Below, piece after piece: positions 59,565 through 64,000 of a stretch of 64,000 nt of DNA. The translations under genes were made by a program, and so were the position numbers. This DNA comes from Candidatus Latescibacterota bacterium (lineage in GTDB: Bacteria; Latescibacterota; UBA2968): positions 960,001 to 1,024,000 of the forward strand of contig OZ244960.1 of the NCBI GenBank assembly GCA_965222605.1, read 5' to 3'. How positions within the stretch are numbered: position 1 is the first letter of the stretch; each line of letters opens with the position of its first letter. The notes beneath the pieces were generated by a model. That model worked only from the letters and a program-made list of their open reading frames with translations, had not been told where the DNA came from and did no database searches.

Positions 59565-60418
59565 TGGATAGAATACAGAATTTAAAAAATCAAATATACT
59601 CATTAGTCTGTACGCTGTTTTGTTGCACGGCATTGCTGACTCTGGATGTCTCTGCACAGGTGGTGATCAACGAGGTGATGGCACGGCCCGCCGATGAGTC
59701 AGAGTGGGTTGAATTGTACAACCGTTCGCCAGACGCGGTTCATCTATCCGGATGGACGCTATCCGATTTGCGAACAACAGGGCAATTTGAAGCGGGTGCG
59801 GTCATTGATGGTGGAGGATATGTGATCGTCACAGAAAACGCAGATGCTATTGGCCTGCAATTTCCCGGCCTCAATGTTCCCATATTATTGCTTACCCGCT
59901 GGCCCCGGCTAAATAATGGAGGCGATGGTCTCATTTTGCGCGATGCGACCGCAACACTTGTCGATAGCATCTTTTACCCAGCACAACACACTGCTATAAG
60001 TCTGGAGCGCATTGATCCCACTATGGCGGGAGATCAGAATAACTGGCTCGGTAGCCAGGATCCGCGGGGTGCGACTCCTGGGGCTGCAAATAGCGTTCTG
60101 TTTAACGACATAGCGGAAGTATCCGTGGTCGTCGCCCCCAATCCCTTTGTCGATCAAGTCACCATTACATATCGGGTGCCCTCCCCCAGACTCCACGCAA
60201 ATCTGTGGGTGTTTGATCGCACGGGCAGGCGTGTGGCATCCTTGCTCGAAGGTGTTGAAGGTGGTAGTCATCGCGTTGTAAATTGGGATGGGAGCAAAGA
60301 TAATGGACAAATTTTGAAGCCCGGTATTTATGTTATCTACCTGGAAGCCGGTACACCAGAAGGCAAATTGTTCCGCGCTCGAAAGCCTGTTGTGCTGGCA
60401 AAAAGAATAAGCCAATAA
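59564..60418 (+). CDS. Secreted lamin-tail-domain protein with C-terminal FlgD-Ig-like domain
   Basis: VVINEVMA...EWVELYN, LNNGGD, TPGAANS, PNPF and WDG...GIY motifs. Confidence 0.8.
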   Translation: MDRIQNLKNQIYSLVCTLFCCTALLTLDVSAQVVINEVMARPADESEWVELYNRSPDAVHLSGWTLSDLRTTGQFEAGAVIDGGGYVIVTENADAIGLQFPGLNVPILLLTRWPRLNNGGDGLILRDATATLVDSIFYPAQHTAISLERIDPTMAGDQNNWLGSQDPRGATPGAANSVLFNDIAEVSVVVAPNPFVDQVTITYRVPSPRLHANLWVFDRTGRRVASLLEGVEGGSHRVVNWDGSKDNGQILKPGIYVIYLEAGTPEGKLFRARKPVVLAKRISQ

Positions 60419-60473
60419 AACCGATGTCCCCACATCGGATATATTCTCCCCTTTGATGCTGTGAGGAACAAAT

Positions 60474-62993
60474 ATGGAACAGTCATCGAAGGCATTACCT
60501 GAGACACAAAAAGATCAACTGGCATTACCCTTTCAAATTTTGGGCGTGTGCTTGATCGCACTCGCGCTATTGATGGCTTTGAGCTTGCTATCGCACTCAC
60601 CAGAGGATCCGCCCAATTCGACGCGTCCTAACGAGTTGGCACAAAATCTGGTCGGGTGGCTCGGCGCACACGTATCCTACCACTTGCTATTTGGCGTGGG
60701 CTATGGTGCTTACGCACTGATCGTTTTAGTATTTGTGTGGGGATGGAACCGCCTCAGGATGTCAAGCGTCAGATCACTCGTAACGCACAGTATCATCCTA
60801 TTTTCACTGATAGTGATTTATTGCAGCGCGACAGGCGTGCTTTTTTGGGAGCGGCCCACAATGGCCTGGAAATTGGGAGGTGGGCTGGGCTTTATGCTAT
60901 CGTCTTTCCTGCTGGTGCCCTATTTGGGTACTGTTGGTTCTTATATTTCTTTGGCGACGCTATTTGTAGTGGTGTTGATGGTTACCACCGACATTCCATT
61001 TAACCGAAGCCCCAAGAGGTCTTTTTTCAAAAAGCGCGCGGAGAAGTCTGAAAATAACAGGGCATCGACCGAAGTAGCACGAGTTGAGGGCATCGACCAA
61101 GCCGAAGACATCAATCAAGTCGATAATATCGATCAAAAAAATAATAGACCTGAAAAAGAGATTGTTGCCAATTCCATTTTAGGTGATTGGAAAAAAGACG
61201 AATTGGCCGAGGTACCTGAACCTGAGATCGCCGATGACATTGATGAAGAAGACATTGATGAATTGTTGGAGAAGACAAAAAAAGAGACTATTGCTGACCC
61301 CATTCCAGATATAGCTCAAGTTGATTGGAAAGAAGACGAATTGACCGAGGTGCCCAAATCTGAGATCGCCGAAGACGCTGTTGACAAGTCAGAAAAAGAT
61401 GTAGCACGGGTTGAGCCGGAAGAAAACGAATTGTCTGAGGTGGAATTTGAAATAGTAGATGAAACGCCAGAGCCTGAGCCAGAACCTGTTCCGTCAAAAC
61501 CCAAAAAGAAAATCAAGCGCAAGCGATCTTCGACATATTTGCTGCCCAATTTGAAGTTGCTGGAAGACCCCCCTCCGGGTGATGGGATGATAGACCGAAA
61601 AACCCTGTTTAAAGGGGCGCAGGTGTTGGAGCAAAGCTTGAGCAATTTTGGCGTTCAGGGCAAAGTAGTACAGGTCAACCCTGGGCCTGTTATTACGACA
61701 TACGAGGTTGCACCTCCCCCAGGCGTGAAAGTCAGCAAAATTGTTGGACTTGCAGATGATCTCGCCCTCGTTATGAAAGCGCAAAGCATTCGCATTCAGG
61801 CGCCTATTCCCGGCAAAGCTGCGGTTGGCATTGAAGTGCCCAATCCAGAACCTTATACGGTCTTCTTAAAAGAAATTTTGGAATCGCGCGCATTTGACCA
61901 GTCCGATTCAAAATTGATGCTCGGGTTCGGCAAAACAGCTTCGGGTGACCCCTATTGTGCCGATCTGGCAAAAATGCCGCATTTGTTAATTGCCGGCGCG
62001 ACCGGGGCTGGCAAGTCGGGATGTATCAATGCGTTGATTTCCAGTATTTTGTTCCGCTGCACGCCAGAAGAAGTGCGTTTTATTATGGTGGATCCCAAAA
62101 TGCTGGAATTGTCAATTTACAACGATATTCCACATCTCCTGGCTCCTGTTGTCGTCGATCCCAAAATGGCGTCGGGTGCGCTCAAATGGGCAGTATCAGA
62201 GATGGAGAACCGATATCGCACGATGGCGCAGTTTACAGCGCGCAATATTATTGATTTTAATGTCAAGATGGCGCGGCTTCGACAGGAAGCACCCACCGAG
62301 AAAGACCGCGACGAGATTCCCGATGCCTTGCCCTATATTGTCGTGGTAATTGATGAATTGGCCGATTTGATGATGACTGCACCGAGCGATATTGAAAACT
62401 CACTGGCGCGATTGGCACAAATGGCCCGAGCTGTGGGCATCCATCTCATTATCGCAACCCAGCGCCCTTCAGTGAATGTGATTACGGGTACGATCAAAGC
62501 CAATTTCCCAACGCGTATTGCATTTCGCGTGGCATCCAAGGTCGATTCGCGCACGATTATTGACGCCAATGGCGGTGAAAAACTCCTGGGTCGAGGTGAT
62601 ATGCTATTCTTGCTCCCTGGACAACCAGAACCCATTCGCCTTCACGGTGCTTGGATCGATACCGAAGAAACCGAACAATTAGTGGCCTGGGTGCGCGATC
62701 AGGGCGTCGAACTCGATAGCGTTGAATTTGAGGGCGAAAATAACGATCTTTCTGTTGCAGATAACGAGCGCGATGCTCGGTTTGATGAGGCATTGCGATT
62801 GGTGATTATCCATCAACAGGGTTCCGCATCGCTTCTGCAGCGCCGGATGAAGGTGGGATACTCGCGGGCTGCCCGCCTTGTTGATGAACTCGAAGCCGCA
62901 GGCATTGTTGGCCCGCCCAATGGATCGAGCAAGGGGCGCGAAGTCCTCGTTGACGAAGATTATTTAGAGGAACTCGAGGAGTTGGATGTATGA
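60474..62993 (+). CDS. ftsK: DNA translocase FtsK
   Basis: N-terminal TMs, PHLLIAGATGAGKS, IDELADLMM, ATQRPS and gamma domain LQRRMKVGYSRA. Confidence 0.97.
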   Translation: MEQSSKALPETQKDQLALPFQILGVCLIALALLMALSLLSHSPEDPPNSTRPNELAQNLVGWLGAHVSYHLLFGVGYGAYALIVLVFVWGWNRLRMSSVRSLVTHSIILFSLIVIYCSATGVLFWERPTMAWKLGGGLGFMLSSFLLVPYLGTVGSYISLATLFVVVLMVTTDIPFNRSPKRSFFKKRAEKSENNRASTEVARVEGIDQAEDINQVDNIDQKNNRPEKEIVANSILGDWKKDELAEVPEPEIADDIDEEDIDELLEKTKKETIADPIPDIAQVDWKEDELTEVPKSEIAEDAVDKSEKDVARVEPEENELSEVEFEIVDETPEPEPEPVPSKPKKKIKRKRSSTYLLPNLKLLEDPPPGDGMIDRKTLFKGAQVLEQSLSNFGVQGKVVQVNPGPVITTYEVAPPPGVKVSKIVGLADDLALVMKAQSIRIQAPIPGKAAVGIEVPNPEPYTVFLKEILESRAFDQSDSKLMLGFGKTASGDPYCADLAKMPHLLIAGATGAGKSGCINALISSILFRCTPEEVRFIMVDPKMLELSIYNDIPHLLAPVVVDPKMASGALKWAVSEMENRYRTMAQFTARNIIDFNVKMARLRQEAPTEKDRDEIPDALPYIVVVIDELADLMMTAPSDIENSLARLAQMARAVGIHLIIATQRPSVNVITGTIKANFPTRIAFRVASKVDSRTIIDANGGEKLLGRGDMLFLLPGQPEPIRLHGAWIDTEETEQLVAWVRDQGVELDSVEFEGENNDLSVADNERDARFDEALRLVIIHQQGSASLLQRRMKVGYSRAARLVDELEAAGIVGPPNGSSKGREVLVDEDYLEELEELDV

Positions 62994-63682
62994 TGTGCAA
63001 AGTGCAAAATGCAGCACTCCACAAGCGCAGCCTGTATAAGTTTCTCGCTATTCTCGGTATCTTATTTTTCACGGAAACTGTGCAGGCCGATACACGCGGT
63101 TCAGAGGTGGTTGCGAAATTGCAAAAAAAATTTGCGGATCTCGAGACGCTTTCCGCTCACTTTGTCAAGCAACACTACTGGCGCGTAATGGACCAGCATC
63201 AAGAAGTCAAAGGCAAGTTGCTGGTTCAACGCCCCGACCAGTTTCGAATGGATTCGGATGTACAGGTGGTGGTGAGCGATGGCAAAACCGTATGGCATTA
63301 CGCGCCTGCTAATGCCCAGGTCCTGGTGAGCGATTACACCGCGATGGAAAATGATCGCAACTATGAGAAATTGTTATTTGATCTGATTTTTTGGGGCGGG
63401 TACGACAAAAATTATGTGCCCGTTTATGTGGGCGAAAAAAAGATACATCGCAAGACTTGTTACGCCGTTGATCTATTGGCAAAAAAGGAAGATACGTATA
63501 TCCATAAAATTCGCCTGTGGATAGACAAACGCCTATATCTGGTGCGGCAGGTAGAATATCGAAACATCCACGAGGATGTGACAACATTTGTGTTGTCGGA
63601 CTTGAAAGTAAATAAAAAAGCCAAGCCCGATCAATTTACATTTCACGTACCCAGCGGAGTGGAATTGATCGATTTGCGCTAA
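62990..63682 (+). CDS. lolA: Outer-membrane lipoprotein carrier LolA-like
   Basis: Signal peptide, RPDQFRM, VVSDGKTVW and FTFHVPSGV. Conserved position after ftsK. Confidence 0.8.
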   Translation: MMCKVQNAALHKRSLYKFLAILGILFFTETVQADTRGSEVVAKLQKKFADLETLSAHFVKQHYWRVMDQHQEVKGKLLVQRPDQFRMDSDVQVVVSDGKTVWHYAPANAQVLVSDYTAMENDRNYEKLLFDLIFWGGYDKNYVPVYVGEKKIHRKTCYAVDLLAKKEDTYIHKIRLWIDKRLYLVRQVEYRNIHEDVTTFVLSDLKVNKKAKPDQFTFHVPSGVELIDLR

Positions 63683-63685
63683 TCA

Positions 63686-63780
63686 TAAGCGATCAGCGAT
63701 CAGCTTTTAGCCCCTTCTCATCTGCCCCACTGCAACATCGCTGATTGGCCTGTTTTGCTGACTGCTGAAAGCTAACTGAA
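63686..63780. repeat. Short AGC/GCT-type intergenic inverted heptamer repeats
   Basis: AGCGATCAGCGATCAGCTTT ... GCTGACTGCTGAAAGCT arms are mutually complementary. Confidence 0.45.
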
Positions 63781-63791
63781 AGGAACAAATA

Positions 63792-64000
63792 ATGGCTGTG
63801 GAAATTCAGGTGCGTGAAATTCAAGACGCGCTATCCGGTTATAGCGCGCGCGTGGATAAACTCGGGAGGTATCTTTGACCTCGATCAAAGACGGGCAAAA
63901 ATTGCCGAATTTGAAAAACTCATGGAATCACCAGATTTCTGGAATAACCGCGACAATGCACAACAAATTATCGACGCCTGTAACGCGGAAAAATACTGGG
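63792..64000 (+). CDS. prfB: Peptide chain release factor 2, 5' part, with +1 programmed frameshift (runs off window)
   Basis: MAVEIQ...GRYL ends at GGGAGG-TAT-CTT-TGA-C (63864-63879). The +1 frame continues DLDQRRAKIAEFEKLMESPDFWN. Confidence 0.92.

Overview
This is a bacterial chromosomal window. The gene content (several sulfatases, a giant cadherin/FN3/LRR/dockerin surface protein, LptD/LolA) resembles diderm marine or sponge-associated lineages, but that is inference and no taxonomy was run. Most of the window is housekeeping and catabolic genes: glyA with a ZTP riboswitch, priA, maf, dtd, lptD, tRNA-Leu, lysA, larE, def, moaD/E, tsaD, ftsK, lolA and a frameshifted prfB at the right edge. 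The most unusual part is an AT-richer island at about 8.3-17.5 kb. It starts with a CARF-like/sigma54 enhancer-binding regulator. Two near-identical sigma54 (-24/-12) promoter blocks follow, in front of two paralogous gene pairs, each an ABC-type (AAA_15/21, DUF3696-like) ATPase plus an 'HDR'-motif PLD-like protein. The island also holds a small GIY-YIG nuclease and an unannotated 28-aa type-I-toxin-like peptide. The effector of the first pair is cleanly split by an IS5 element (16-bp TIRs, TGA duplication). A third ATPase of the same family, paired with a PIN protein, sits at 50.5-52.4 kb. The island is a candidate signal-inducible anti-phage system. All domain calls come from motifs read by eye; no searches were run.
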